This document shows, in pieces, positions 32,821 through 43,288 of a stretch of 64,000 bases of DNA. Position numbers and translations under genes: made by a program. The notes below the pieces were generated by a model that did not search any database, had not been told where the DNA came from, and worked only from the letters and a program-made list of their open reading frames with translations. This DNA comes from Acidimicrobiia bacterium (lineage in GTDB: Bacteria; Actinomycetota; Acidimicrobiia; Spongiisociales; ZC4RG35): positions 1,888,001 to 1,952,000 of the forward strand of contig CBDBCY010000004.1 of NCBI GenBank assembly GCA_965203555.1. The letters run 5' to 3'. Numbering within the stretch: the stretch's first letter is position 1; every line of letters starts with the position of its first letter.

Positions 32821-33987
32821 CTAGCCAATCCTTTGAATTGCCAGGCAGGTGATATCGTCGAACTGGGCAGCCGGTCCCATATATTCCCTGGTAGCGGCGA
32901 AAATCTCCCGAATGTTCTCTTCCACGGTCTCGGCGGCGGAAGTCTCCAACAGGGCATTTCTCAGTCCCTCAACCCCGAACAACTCCCCCTCTTCGGTTTG
33001 GGCCTCGGTGATCCCGTCGGTGTAGAGAACCACCCTGTCGCCTGGTTCCAGGATGACCTTCCGCTCCTGGTACTCAAAGCCCGGTTGGACACCCAGAGCG
33101 ATACCTTCCGTCAAAGGCAGCAGGGTGGTCTGACCGTCCTGCCCCACCAGCAACGGAGCATCATGGCCGCCGCTTGCGTAGGTGAAAGAACCGACTTCAG
33201 GGTCGTACACGGCGTACAGGACCGTGACAAACTGGGTGGTTTCGTTCTCCTCACACAGAAGGTCGTTCACTTCTTCCAGCACCTCTCCGGGTTTGAGAAG
33301 GCCGATAGCCACCCCTTTCATCAGAGTGCGGCAGGTCATCATGAACATAGCTGCCGGGATGCCCTTGCCGGAGACATCTGCCATCACAAGACCTATCCGA
33401 CCCCGGTCCAAAGTGATGATGTCGTAAAAGTCGCCCCCCACATCCTGGGCGGGTTCCATGTTTCCGTACATCTGGTAATGGGACGTGATGGGAAAGTCGG
33501 ACGGGAGAATCGATCTTTGGATCCGGCTGGCCACTTCCAGTTCGTTCTGAATGGATACCAGTTTGTCGCGGTAGGAGAGCGCTTCCTTCCACTGCCTGGT
33601 GTGTGCCAGCGTTCGCTCGATGGTGATCTGCAGGTCCTTGAAGTCCACCGGTTTGGTCACAAAGTCGAAAGCGCCCCGGTTCATGGCTGTCCGGATGTTC
33701 TTCATGTCCCCGTAGGCGGAGACGACCACAGCCCGGACGTTGGGGTTGATCTCCGGTATCTGCTCCAGCATCGCCAGTCCGTCCATCTCGGGCATATTTA
33801 TGTCGGACAGCACTATGTCAATGCCAGGGTCCTCTTCCAGTCTGCTCAGAGCGTCTGCCCCGTTGCGGGCGAAGAGAAAATGGTACGTGCCCCTTCTGAT
33901 GTGCCGTCGCATCCTTTGGAGCATGAGAGGCTCCAGATCCGGTTCATCGTCTACCACCAGGATCTTTGAAGAGGTAACAGGTCTCAT
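32821..33987 (-). CDS. Receiver + SpoIIE/PP2C phosphatase (RsbU-like)
   Basis: ILVVDDE, SDINMP, TKP; VGGDFYD, ADVSGKG, GGH, YTDGITEA, DDIT. Confidence 0.92.
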   Translation of the reverse strand: MRPVTSSKILVVDDEPDLEPLMLQRMRRHIRRGTYHFLFARNGADALSRLEEDPGIDIVLSDINMPEMDGLAMLEQIPEINPNVRAVVVSAYGDMKNIRTAMNRGAFDFVTKPVDFKDLQITIERTLAHTRQWKEALSYRDKLVSIQNELEVASRIQRSILPSDFPITSHYQMYGNMEPAQDVGGDFYDIITLDRGRIGLVMADVSGKGIPAAMFMMTCRTLMKGVAIGLLKPGEVLEEVNDLLCEENETTQFVTVLYAVYDPEVGSFTYASGGHDAPLLVGQDGQTTLLPLTEGIALGVQPGFEYQERKVILEPGDRVVLYTDGITEAQTEEGELFGVEGLRNALLETSAAETVEENIREIFAATREYMGPAAQFDDITCLAIQRIG

Positions 33988-34045
33988 AAGCTAACACCAG
34001 GAGAATCGGATATGTGGCCCACCCTTCAGGTTAACAGAAATGTTT

Positions 34046-35236
34046 CTAAGGAGCGGCAGAAATCAACAGGTCCTGGTCCATTCCCGCCTGGGCAAGGCCT
34101 TCCAGCAGCTTGGCCAGGCGTCCCGTGCAGGTTTCATCCTGGGCGGGGGGCACCAACTGCACCAGCAGTGCGGCGATCTCCGCGAAAGCCAGGCCAGCAC
34201 CGGTGGGTGGGACTCTTGCGGCAACCGGCTGGCCGCGGTCTCCCCCCTCAACCACCCTGATGTCGAAAGGGACCCGGCCCAACAGCGGGGTTCCGATGCT
34301 GTCAGCCAACTCCTGTCCTCCGCCCTGTCCGAACAGGTGGTGAACCGTTTCATGCCCGCAGTCGAAACCTGACATGTTCTCGATCACCCCCACGATTGGC
34401 ATATGGGACCGACGGGCCATGTCGGCAATACGGGCCGCCACCTTCTGGGACGCCCGCTGCGGAGTGGTGACCACCGCCATCTCCGCTTGGGGAAGCATCC
34501 GGGACAGGGCCATCTGGATGTCCCCCGTTCCGGGTGGCATGTCTATCACCAGATAATCCAAGTCTCCCCAGTCGACCTGTTTGAGAAACTGCTCCAGGGC
34601 CTTGGCAAGCATCAGACCCCTCCACATGAGAGCTGTTTCCTCGGAGTCGATGATGAGTCCGGTGGACACCACCTTCAATCCATGCGCTTCCGCCGGGATG
34701 ATCAGCCGGGTTTCATCGTCCGCTTCAATCCTGGTGGTAATGCCCAACAGCCGGGGAATGGAGAATCCCCAGATGTCGGCGTCCATGAGTCCCACCGTGA
34801 AACCCAGGTTCCGGACGGCAATGGCCAGGTTGACGCTCACGGAGGACTTGCCCACACCCCCCTTGCCGGAACTGACCGCCACTACCCGAGTAGTAGGCGA
34901 GACCTGGGTGGGCTCGGCCCGGTCCCGGGCCTTCTCCCTGGCCCTGGACATCAGATCGGCCCGTTGCCGTTTGGTCATGGCGGTGGTATGGATCAACACA
35001 TCTTCCACTCCGGGCAGGGACAGCGCCCTGCGCCGGGTATCGCCTTCAATCTGGTTGCGCAACGGACACTCGGCAATGGTCAGCGCCAAGCCGATGGTGA
35101 CAACTCCGTTCCGGGACACGTCCACCGACGAAATCATCCCCAAATCGACCACGTTGTCACCGAGTTCGGGGTCGATCACTCCCCGCAGAGCTGCCCACAC
35201 CTGCTCGGAGGTCGGCGCACTTGAACTGTTATACAC
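34046..35236 (-). CDS. mrp: Mrp/NBP35 (ApbC) Fe-S carrier ATPase with N-terminal DUF59
   Basis: VIDPELG..VVDLG, TIAECPL, SGKGGVGKS, WRG, DMPPGTGD, ENMS. Confidence 0.9.
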   Translation of the reverse strand: MYNSSSAPTSEQVWAALRGVIDPELGDNVVDLGMISSVDVSRNGVVTIGLALTIAECPLRNQIEGDTRRRALSLPGVEDVLIHTTAMTKRQRADLMSRAREKARDRAEPTQVSPTTRVVAVSSGKGGVGKSSVSVNLAIAVRNLGFTVGLMDADIWGFSIPRLLGITTRIEADDETRLIIPAEAHGLKVVSTGLIIDSEETALMWRGLMLAKALEQFLKQVDWGDLDYLVIDMPPGTGDIQMALSRMLPQAEMAVVTTPQRASQKVAARIADMARRSHMPIVGVIENMSGFDCGHETVHHLFGQGGGQELADSIGTPLLGRVPFDIRVVEGGDRGQPVAARVPPTGAGLAFAEIAALLVQLVPPAQDETCTGRLAKLLEGLAQAGMDQDLLISAAP

Positions 35237-35353
35237 GGACCGTTCTCTCCCTGACCTTGCAAGTAATAGATAGTAGATGCCCCTGCGGAGAATAGGCTGG
35301 CTGGACACTTAATCCTCTTTACATTTTGTTCAAAGTTCGCTACACTCTTGGTG

Positions 35354-36649
35354 GTGGCAATGACCGCTCTCGACCAGATGGCGCCAGAGATCCCGCCGCT
35401 TCTGGGAGATTCGGGGATGTACCGGGAAGCCGTAAACCAATTCGACCGGGTTGCGGCCTACATGGATCTGGACCCCAATGTCTCCGAGCGTCTCCGTCTC
35501 CCGCAGCGATCCTTGGTGACCACGTTTCCGTTCCGAAGGGATGACGGCCGCGTCGAGACAGTGTTCGGCTATCGCGTCAAGCACGTACTCACTATGGGCC
35601 CGACCAAGGGCGGGATTCGCTATGCCCCAAGCGTGAACTTGGGAGAGGTTGCCGCTTTGGCCATGAACATGACTTGGAAGTGCGCCTTGGTGGGACTTCC
35701 GTACGGAGGCGCCAAGGGTGGCGTCAGGGTGGCGCCGGAAACGCTGAGCAGCCGTGAGACTCAACGCTTGACTCGCCGTTACACGTCCGAAATCTTTACC
35801 TTTATCGGGCCGCAGAGTGACATTCCGGCACCCGACCTGGGCACCGATGCACAGGTGATGGCCTGGATCATGGATACCTACAGCCACCACGTCGGCCATG
35901 GCGCCCCGGGAGTCGTGACCGGCAAGCCGGTCGAGTTGGGCGGCACCGTGGTGCGCCAGGAGTCCACCGGCCTGGGATTGGCCTATCTGTTGCCCATGGC
36001 CCTTGATATGGTCGATTTGCCGTTGGAGGGGACCCGGGTAGCGATCCAGGGCTACGGTCAGGTCGGAAGCAGCGTCGCCCGGGCCGTAAGCCGGCTGGGC
36101 GCCCGGGTGGTGGCGGTGAGTGACCTTTCCGGGGGCACACACTGCCCCGACGGCATCGATGTCCGAGCCCTTGAACGGTGGACAGATCGAAACATCTGGG
36201 TGAACGGCTTTCCCGGAGGGGACTCCATCAGCGGAGATCAGCTATTCGAGGTCGATTGCGAGGTTCTTGTCCCGGCTGCCGTCCAAGAGGTCATCCACGC
36301 CGGCAACGCCCACGCCATCACCGCTTCAGTGGTGCTTGAAGGGGCTAACGCTCCCACCACCATGGAAGCCGATCGCATCCTGAGGAACAGGGGCGTCCTG
36401 GTGGTTCCCGACATCCTGGCAAACGCCGGCGGGGTGACGGTCTCCTATTTCGAATGGCTGCAGGGTTTGCAGTACTACATCTGGACCAACGACGAGACTC
36501 GCCAGCGCCTGCAGCAGATCATGACCACCGCCTTCAAGGAAATCCACAAGCTCTCGGTCCAAGAGAAAGTGGACCTGAGAACGGCGGCGCTTATCAAAGG
36601 TGTGGCTCGGGTAACCAACGCGAAACTGCTGAGAGGGCTGTTCCCGTGA
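35354..36649 (+). CDS. gdhA: Glu/Leu/Phe/Val dehydrogenase (probably glutamate dehydrogenase)
   Basis: GPTKGGIRY, MTWKCA, PYGGAKGG, DIPAPD, QGYGQVG, EGANAP, NAGGVTVSYFEW; start within 35348-35360. Confidence 0.9.
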   Translation: MAMTALDQMAPEIPPLLGDSGMYREAVNQFDRVAAYMDLDPNVSERLRLPQRSLVTTFPFRRDDGRVETVFGYRVKHVLTMGPTKGGIRYAPSVNLGEVAALAMNMTWKCALVGLPYGGAKGGVRVAPETLSSRETQRLTRRYTSEIFTFIGPQSDIPAPDLGTDAQVMAWIMDTYSHHVGHGAPGVVTGKPVELGGTVVRQESTGLGLAYLLPMALDMVDLPLEGTRVAIQGYGQVGSSVARAVSRLGARVVAVSDLSGGTHCPDGIDVRALERWTDRNIWVNGFPGGDSISGDQLFEVDCEVLVPAAVQEVIHAGNAHAITASVVLEGANAPTTMEADRILRNRGVLVVPDILANAGGVTVSYFEWLQGLQYYIWTNDETRQRLQQIMTTAFKEIHKLSVQEKVDLRTAALIKGVARVTNAKLLRGLFP

Positions 36650-36732
36650 TCCCCCTATGCCCTCCCGTGCTTTCGCTCTATACTTACAAACTGGCTTTGT
36701 AATAATCTAAGTAGGCGAATCGAGTCTTCAAA

Positions 36733-37092
36733 ATGCAGTTGCTAACCATCAAAAGTTCAGTTCCCAGCAAGCCGATCGAGCTCACCGACTCTGCCGTCAC
36801 CAAGGTCAAGTCCCTGCTGGCCTCGGAAGGAGACGACGATCTCGGGCTACGGGTGGCGGTGAGACCGGGTGGATGTTCCGGTTTCTCCTACGAAATGTTC
36901 TTCGACGCCGATGTCGAGGACGAGGACGAGGTAATAGAATTCAACGGTCTGCGGGTGCTGGTGGACCAGCAAAGCGTGAAACGGATCACCGGAGCGGTGC
37001 TGGACTACAAGGAAGGTCTGATGGAAGCCGGGTTTTCCATCGACAATCCCAACGTCTCCCGTTCCTGCGGGTGCGGGAACAGCTTCGCTTAG
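36733..37092 (+). CDS. HesB/IscA/ErpA A-type Fe-S carrier
   Basis: GGCSGFSY, NPNVSRSCGCGNSF. Confidence 0.93.
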   Translation: MQLLTIKSSVPSKPIELTDSAVTKVKSLLASEGDDDLGLRVAVRPGGCSGFSYEMFFDADVEDEDEVIEFNGLRVLVDQQSVKRITGAVLDYKEGLMEAGFSIDNPNVSRSCGCGNSFA

Positions 37093-37105
37093 GCCTGCGC
37101 TCCTT

Positions 37106-37486
37106 ATGCCGAAGCTGGCGCCCAAGCTGGAGGGAGCGCCTCCCCCGCTGGCACCCTATTCGGTGGTCACCGAGGCCCAGGGTTTGGTTTTCGTCTCGGG
37201 ACAGGTCGCCATCGATCCCAAGACCGGGGAGACTCCCGATGAGGTGACCGATCAAACCGATCTCATCCTGCGCAACATCGGAAGCATCCTCGCAGAACTC
37301 GGCCTTTCCTATTCGGACATTGTCAAGACCACCGTGTTCCTGAGCGACATCCGGGATTTCGGGGCTGTGAACGTCGTCTACGGCGGCTTCTTCGACGACG
37401 AACCCCCCGCCCGCTCCGCGGTTGGGGTGGCGGACCTGCCCCTTCCCAGATTCAAGATCGAGATCGAGGCGATCGCCGCCCGCTGA
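37106..37486 (+). CDS. ridA: RidA-family enamine/imine deaminase
   Basis: APYS, FVSGQ, IVKTTVFL, N.VY, PPARSAV, IEIEAIA. Confidence 0.9.
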   Translation: MPKLAPKLEGAPPPLAPYSVVTEAQGLVFVSGQVAIDPKTGETPDEVTDQTDLILRNIGSILAELGLSYSDIVKTTVFLSDIRDFGAVNVVYGGFFDDEPPARSAVGVADLPLPRFKIEIEAIAAR

Positions 37487-37495
37487 CGCCCTCGC

Positions 37496-38707
37496 TCAGA
37501 AGACTTCCTGGCACCAGGGCTGGGGGTGCCAGTCGAACATGGCGTCAGCCAATGCACAGGCCGCCGGCGCGCCGTCCACCCGGCCCAGCGCTCTCAGGCG
37601 GCGGAACCTCGGTCTGCCCAGGAATCCAGCTCCCAGATCCTCCATGTCCAACATCAAATCGGATGTCTCCGAAGTCGCCTTGCAAGTTCCCACCCCTTCC
37701 GAAACTTCCAGGCGATATCGAGAAGCAGTCCGGTCGATGGGGTCGAAGACCTCCAGCACCAGGTAACCGTCAGCCGAATAGCGCCGTGCCGAGAGACCGG
37801 CTTCCACGTCCAGGATCCTCACCCACAGCCCGTCGCTGAGCGTCTGCGACTCTCGGAAGTTGGCATACAGGTGGTGCAAGGCCGTTTCGGCGGGGACGTT
37901 CCATGCCCGCAACTGGCGAATCAGGTCCTGGTTGAGCAAATAGCTCCACAAGCCCGAATATGCCGCCGGCGTGAGCGCGATCATCTCCTCCAGCCCCACG
38001 GTTATGCCGATGCCGATCCCTTCCCAGGAACCTTGAGTGCGATATTGAACATATCCGATAGCTTCACCGTTCGGATCGAGCGCCAATGCGTACCGGTAGG
38101 AACTGGCGTCTTTACGGTGCCTGGGATAGTCGGAGAATATGTCCAACTCCCACCAATCCGGTGATCGGGCAAACATCCCGGGCACCTGCAGGCGTTTGCG
38201 TTCAAAAATCGGCGGCAGGGCATCTGCGGCTTCATCGGGTTCGATCAGGACCACTGGCGCCGGAGCGGGAGCGAGTCGGTGAGGAAGCAGGGGAAACCGA
38301 TCGATCACCGTATGGGTGGTCACCGCGGCCACGCCGTATCCGAACCGACCGTACAAGGGAACCTCCGACGACCACAGCGCAGCCAGCACATCCCCCCGCA
38401 ACCGGGCGTCGGCCAGCAATTCGGTCATCATCTTGCGCATGAGGCCCCGCCGCCGATGGCTCGGCAATACGGTCACGTTACTTATCCCCGCAGTGGCCGC
38501 CGAACCACCGGGAACGGTCAGATCCAAGCTGTAGGCCCCCGCCGATCCCACCAGCCGCTTCCCGTCAAAGGCCCCCCGGTTCCTGTCGAATTCCAAGAGC
38601 CTGCGGTCTCTTTCCTCCTCGACAGGATCAGGATCCTGCCCGAATGCCATTGCCACGGTTCTTCGCAGAGCCGCCAATTCCTCGGGAACGATGTCCCGGA
38701 TTTCCAC
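37496..38707 (-). CDS. Eis-like GNAT acetyltransferase with SCP2-like C-terminus
   Basis: VTVLPSHRRRG, ALWSSE..LYGRFGYG, DGLWVRILDV, C-terminal PWCQEVF; RBS AAGGAG. Confidence 0.88.
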   Translation of the reverse strand: MEIRDIVPEELAALRRTVAMAFGQDPDPVEEERDRRLLEFDRNRGAFDGKRLVGSAGAYSLDLTVPGGSAATAGISNVTVLPSHRRRGLMRKMMTELLADARLRGDVLAALWSSEVPLYGRFGYGVAAVTTHTVIDRFPLLPHRLAPAPAPVVLIEPDEAADALPPIFERKRLQVPGMFARSPDWWELDIFSDYPRHRKDASSYRYALALDPNGEAIGYVQYRTQGSWEGIGIGITVGLEEMIALTPAAYSGLWSYLLNQDLIRQLRAWNVPAETALHHLYANFRESQTLSDGLWVRILDVEAGLSARRYSADGYLVLEVFDPIDRTASRYRLEVSEGVGTCKATSETSDLMLDMEDLGAGFLGRPRFRRLRALGRVDGAPAACALADAMFDWHPQPWCQEVF

Positions 38708-38723
38708 GCTCACTCCTTGGGCG

Positions 38724-39365
38724 TCAGGCGCCGATCGTGGTCTTGGCCCGTTGCACGGCTGAAACGAATGCCGAAGCCGCAGCGTCAAAGTCGGCTGCCG
38801 CGCCCCTCCGAGTCTCTCCGGTATCGGAACTCCGTAGTCCTTCGACGATGGTGGTGGCGGCCACCGCCGCCCGGGTGGAGGAGGCCAGCATATCCTGGTG
38901 GGAGGACGCCAGCGTCGATGGCGCGTTCAATTGGACCACGTTGTCCTGCCACACGATTACGTCTTCCATCACCCTGACCAGTCGTTCTTCTGCCTCGGCA
39001 AAGCCGATGCTCCTCTCGTCCCAGGCGCCGTTCACCTCCCTGACCTCCGAAGCCATGGAGGCGAGCTGTTCTCCAAGGGCTTCGATAGAGGCAAGATATG
39101 AGATAATGGCAGCCGGGAGGGTGGTCGTGGTGGTGGATGTCTCCCCGCCGGCGTCGTCTTCTTCGGAGTCCTCCCCTTCCTCATCGGCAGAAGTGTCCTC
39201 CGTGGAGTCACCCGCCGTGGTGGGGGTGGCAATCGTGGTAACTGGCCTTGGTTCCACTTCAGCCTCGGGCAAAGTCCTCACGAACATGAAGGTAAAGGCA
39301 AACATCGCCAGAACAGCCAGCGGGAGAAGCCATCGGCCGGGCTTGGGATCGGGGTTGACCACCAT
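38724..39365 (-). CDS. Hypothetical membrane-anchored protein
   Basis: N-terminal TM, acidic/Thr linker, helical domain. Confidence 0.7.
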   Translation of the reverse strand: MVVNPDPKPGRWLLPLAVLAMFAFTFMFVRTLPEAEVEPRPVTTIATPTTAGDSTEDTSADEEGEDSEEDDAGGETSTTTTTLPAAIISYLASIEALGEQLASMASEVREVNGAWDERSIGFAEAEERLVRVMEDVIVWQDNVVQLNAPSTLASSHQDMLASSTRAAVAATTIVEGLRSSDTGETRRGAAADFDAAASAFVSAVQRAKTTIGA

Positions 39366-39497
39366 CTCCCAAACAGCATAGTTGAGATGGGCCCTTCATT
39401 GGCAACCATCCGGTCAAAGGCCGCGACCCAGTTCTTTCTTTCGCGTACCCGGCGATCAACCCTTGACATCGGACCCACATCTCCTCCACACTGCGGG

Positions 39498-40424
39498 ATG
39501 AAAGACTCAAAACAATCCGACCCGGAAGTATTCGAATCCATACCCTGGGAGGAACTGCGGGATCTGGGAGACACTTCCCGGCGGCGCCGGACCTGGTATC
39601 TGATAGCGGGTGCGGCGGTGGTGGCGGTGCTCATTTTCAGCGTTGCCCGCACGTTCTCGGCGCCAGATCCTCAAATAGCGGCGGCTACCACCACAACTCC
39701 TCCCGTTACGGCGGAACTGCCTCCTCTCCAATCCGAAGAGTCGCTGCAAGAAATTCTCCCGCCCGATCCCTTGGTCGGCGAGCCTGCAGTAGTGACCGAG
39801 GCCGACCTGAGGGCGGGTGGAGACATCCGGTGGGAAGAGGACAGCCTTCTGAAATGGCAGGCGGCAGCCTACTCGGAGTGGTTCGTGCTGGATTTCTTTA
39901 CCCTGGACGGGTCCGACCGCCGCGCCGGTCTACAAAGGTGGTTGAACACCGCCGACTTCGGCGAGCAGTCTGACGCTCTCTCCTATGTCGAATGGGTGAG
40001 AACTCTCCAGGTTGAGCCTTTGGGCGACGGCAGATGGAGGGCTGTGGTGGCCCTGCGGCGGCTGGTCTCCACTGACGGCGTGGGTTACAGCCGCCTCTCA
40101 ACCCAAGCGGTTGAGGTGGTTGTGGACATGGCGCCCGGAACCCCGACCATCGTTGACGTGCCTCGCTTCGTTCCCCTGCCGGAAACGGCTGCCGGACAGT
40201 GGTGGATGGGAGAGCCGCGGCAAACGCCCCCCGCGGCGGTGATCAGGGCGGCCCGGGATGAGATGATTCTGAGCGAAGCCGGGACCATAGGGGGAGAACC
40301 GGTAGTCACCCGCACCGGGGATGCGTGGCGGGTGGAATGGGCGGTGGTCGATCCGGCCGGGATAGCCTGGCCGGTCAGCCTCTGGATCGGACCGGAAGGG
40401 ACTGCAGTGCCGGCGGGTGGCTAG
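39498..40424 (+). CDS. Hypothetical bitopic membrane protein
   Basis: RRRR-TM, Thr/Pro linker, extracellular domain; start inferred. Confidence 0.65.
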   Translation: MKDSKQSDPEVFESIPWEELRDLGDTSRRRRTWYLIAGAAVVAVLIFSVARTFSAPDPQIAAATTTTPPVTAELPPLQSEESLQEILPPDPLVGEPAVVTEADLRAGGDIRWEEDSLLKWQAAAYSEWFVLDFFTLDGSDRRAGLQRWLNTADFGEQSDALSYVEWVRTLQVEPLGDGRWRAVVALRRLVSTDGVGYSRLSTQAVEVVVDMAPGTPTIVDVPRFVPLPETAAGQWWMGEPRQTPPAAVIRAARDEMILSEAGTIGGEPVVTRTGDAWRVEWAVVDPAGIAWPVSLWIGPEGTAVPAGG

Positions 40425-40681
40425 TCCTTCCCGAAGTACCCCTCCAAGGCGGCGATCACAGTCGGCTGAATCGCTGCCCACTCCCAAGCCGGGTCCTTGC
40501 TGACCGTGACAAAGTCAGCAGTCCAGAACACCGAGATCACCCCCTCCGTCGCCAGGATGGCCACTGCCAGCGGGTGGTCGACATCCTGTCCGGCCCGGTA
40601 GGTGACCGGTCCTCCCACGGGTGCCCCGACCGAGAACTTCATGGCATTTGGATTGGGAGTGGACTGAGGTTCTATCGACAC
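40421..40681 (-). CDS. NifU N-terminal (Nfu_N) domain protein
   Basis: TPNPNAMKF, HPLA, GVISVF...DFVTVSK...W. Confidence 0.85.
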   Translation of the reverse strand: MSIEPQSTPNPNAMKFSVGAPVGGPVTYRAGQDVDHPLAVAILATEGVISVFWTADFVTVSKDPAWEWAAIQPTVIAALEGYFGKD

Positions 40682-40742
40682 TGTGAATAATCAACCGTAG
40701 TAAAAGACACTGGGAGGGCGGTTCGTTATTATAGGCTCTCCT

Positions 40743-42188
40743 ATGGCCACTGCTCTGACCGAGACCTCCATCGGGCTTCGCGAGGAACTCGTCCGCGTTC
40801 TGGGGGCCCACCGGGTTATGGACTCGGCATTGGAGCGCCATCTCTACGGCAAGGACGCCGGGATTTCCCGAGGACACCCAACCCTGGTAGTGATGATCGA
40901 AGACGCCGAGGAAGCCGCGGCAGTGGTGAGGGCCGCCCGACGTCATGACGTACCGGTGGTGGCCCGGGGGGCCGGCACCGGACTCTCCGCAGGCGCCGTG
41001 CCCGAGGTGGGGGGGGTGGTGCTGGTGACCACCCGCTTGAATCGCATCGACGACATCGACGTGGAGAACCGCACCGCATGGGTGGGACCGGGGGTGATCA
41101 ATCTCGATCTGTCCGAGGTGACTGCCCCGCACGGATTGCATTTCGCGCCCGACCCCTCGTCCCAGTCGGCCTGCACGATAGGTGGAAATATCGCCTGCAA
41201 TGCCGGGGGTCCACACTGTCTTTCCGAGGGCACCACCGCCAACCACGTTCTTGCTCTGGAAGTGGTCACAGACGACGGTGAAATCGTAACCGTGGGAGGG
41301 GCGGCGCCCGACCCGATCGGATTGGATTTGCGGGGAATCATGGTGGGCTCCGAGGGAACTTTGGGAATTGTCACCAGAGCCTTGGTGAAGCTGACTCCCA
41401 ACGCCCCGGACGTGCGCACCCTGGCGGTTGCATTCCCCACCATCGAGGATGCGGCCGCCACGGTCTCGGGGATCATCGCCGCCGGTTTGATTCCCGCCGC
41501 ACTGGAGATGATGGACCAATTGATGATGCAGGCCATCGAGAACTGGTTGCATGCCGGACTTCCCGTGGAAGCGGACGCCTTGCTCTTGGCGGAGGTCACG
41601 GGAGTCACAGAAGCCGTGGAGGCGGAGGCGAAAATAGTCACCGGGATCGCACAGGACAACAACGCACTTTCGATACAGGTGGCCATTTCTGCCGAAGAAA
41701 GAGCGATCTTATGGAAGAGCCGCAAATCGGCGTTTGGAGCGGTGGCCCAGGCCGCGCCTGACTATTACCTGCATGACACCGTGGTGCCTCGCACCCGACT
41801 GGTGGAGGCGATGCGAGAAGTCTACGCGATCGGAGAGCGCTACGGGATCACCATGATGAACGTCTTTCATGCCGGGGACGGAAACCTTCATCCCCTCATG
41901 GCCTTCGACGCATCCGAGCCGGGGCTGTTGGAAAAAGTGAAGGCCGCGGCGGATGAGTTGGTGAAGATCTGCGTCGAAAAAGGCGGGGTGCTGTCGGGCG
42001 AGCACGGTATCGGGATCGAGAAACGGCACCTGATGCCGCTGTTGTTCTCGGAGGTGGATCTCGACGCCCAGGCTCGGGTGAAGGAAGTCTTCGACGCCGG
42101 CGGGGTGTTCAACCCCGGCAAGGTGCTTCCTGAGGGGTCCCGTTGTTTTGATTTTGGGAGGCCGGTGCCCGAGGGCGTCTGGGTGTGA
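40743..42188 (+). CDS. glcD: Glycolate oxidase FAD subunit GlcD-like
   Basis: RGAGTGLS.GA, APDPSSQ..CTIGGN, GSEGTLG, FHAGDGNLHP, GEHGIG.EK, NPGK. Confidence 0.88.
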   Translation: MATALTETSIGLREELVRVLGAHRVMDSALERHLYGKDAGISRGHPTLVVMIEDAEEAAAVVRAARRHDVPVVARGAGTGLSAGAVPEVGGVVLVTTRLNRIDDIDVENRTAWVGPGVINLDLSEVTAPHGLHFAPDPSSQSACTIGGNIACNAGGPHCLSEGTTANHVLALEVVTDDGEIVTVGGAAPDPIGLDLRGIMVGSEGTLGIVTRALVKLTPNAPDVRTLAVAFPTIEDAAATVSGIIAAGLIPAALEMMDQLMMQAIENWLHAGLPVEADALLLAEVTGVTEAVEAEAKIVTGIAQDNNALSIQVAISAEERAILWKSRKSAFGAVAQAAPDYYLHDTVVPRTRLVEAMREVYAIGERYGITMMNVFHAGDGNLHPLMAFDASEPGLLEKVKAAADELVKICVEKGGVLSGEHGIGIEKRHLMPLLFSEVDLDAQARVKEVFDAGGVFNPGKVLPEGSRCFDFGRPVPEGVWV

Positions 42189-43288
42189 AAGGCCCGTTCG
42201 GAACCATCCCCGTAGCCGACTCCGAGGCATTGCCTCCGGCCGAGATCGCATTGGCCCCCACCTCCCTCGAACAAGTCGCTCGAGTTCTCCGCACGGCCAC
42301 CGACCACCGCATGAAGGTGCTCGTTTGGGGAGGGGGAAACCACCAGGGATACGGACATCGGACCCATCCCGATGTGGTTCTGGTCACAACGTCCCTGGAC
42401 CGGGTGGAGGTCTGGGAGCCCGAAGACCTCACCCTGGTGGCGGATGCCGGAGTACGGATCGGCAAGGTGGAAAAGATGCTGGCGGAGCGCCGCCAGACCA
42501 CTCTTCTGCCCCAGCATTCGCAGACTGCCACTATCGGCGGGGCTATTGCGGTCGGATTGAGTGGATACCAACGCTTCCGTTACGGTCCCAGCCGGGACCG
42601 ACTCCTCGAAACCAGGGTGATAACCGGCGACGGACGGTTGGTTCGCGCCGGGGGGCGGGTGGTCAAGAACGCAACGGGATACGACATTCCCCGCCTGATG
42701 GTGGGTGCCCTTGGCAGATTGGGACTGATCGGCTCGGTTTGCCTGAAACTGGTCCCCATCCCCACGGCCGCGGTCACCGTGACGGTGGACGATCCGGCCC
42801 GGGCGCTTGCTGCTCTCTACCGGCCCTTGGCGGTTCTCTCCACCCCGGGCGGCCACCAGGCTTTTCTCTGGGGAACGGATGCCGAAGTGGAGTCCCAAGC
42901 CGCTCGGGTGGGCACAGAGATCCAAAGCGGTCACGTTTGGCCGTCCCCACCATCGGGAGCGATGAGTTGGTCATTGCGAGTGCCGCCCTCCCGCTTGCCG
43001 GAAGCAACGGATCTCCTTCCGCTCTCTTGGGATTACGTGGTACAGCAGGGGGTGGGCATCGTGGAATGCGCGGCCCCGGATCTGGACCTGGACCCGGTGG
43101 AGGAACTCCGTGGATGGTCCGAGTCGGTGGGAGGGGCACTGGTTCTCACCGAAGGCCCCGAAACCCTCTACGAACAGATGGACCCCTGGGGCACGCCTCC
43201 GTCCGGCCTCGACTATCAACGTAGGCTGGTGGCGGAATTCGACCCCTACGGGGTTCTCAATCCAGGTCGGCTACCGGGAGGAATCTAA
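42185..43288 (+). CDS. glcE: Glycolate oxidase subunit GlcE-like
   Basis: WEPEDLT, ATIGG, RFRYG..RD, GGRVVKNATGYD, FDP.GVLNPGR. Confidence 0.85.
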   Translation: MKGPFGTIPVADSEALPPAEIALAPTSLEQVARVLRTATDHRMKVLVWGGGNHQGYGHRTHPDVVLVTTSLDRVEVWEPEDLTLVADAGVRIGKVEKMLAERRQTTLLPQHSQTATIGGAIAVGLSGYQRFRYGPSRDRLLETRVITGDGRLVRAGGRVVKNATGYDIPRLMVGALGRLGLIGSVCLKLVPIPTAAVTVTVDDPARALAALYRPLAVLSTPGGHQAFLWGTDAEVESQAARVGTEIQSGHVWPSPPSGAMSWSLRVPPSRLPEATDLLPLSWDYVVQQGVGIVECAAPDLDLDPVEELRGWSESVGGALVLTEGPETLYEQMDPWGTPPSGLDYQRRLVAEFDPYGVLNPGRLPGGI

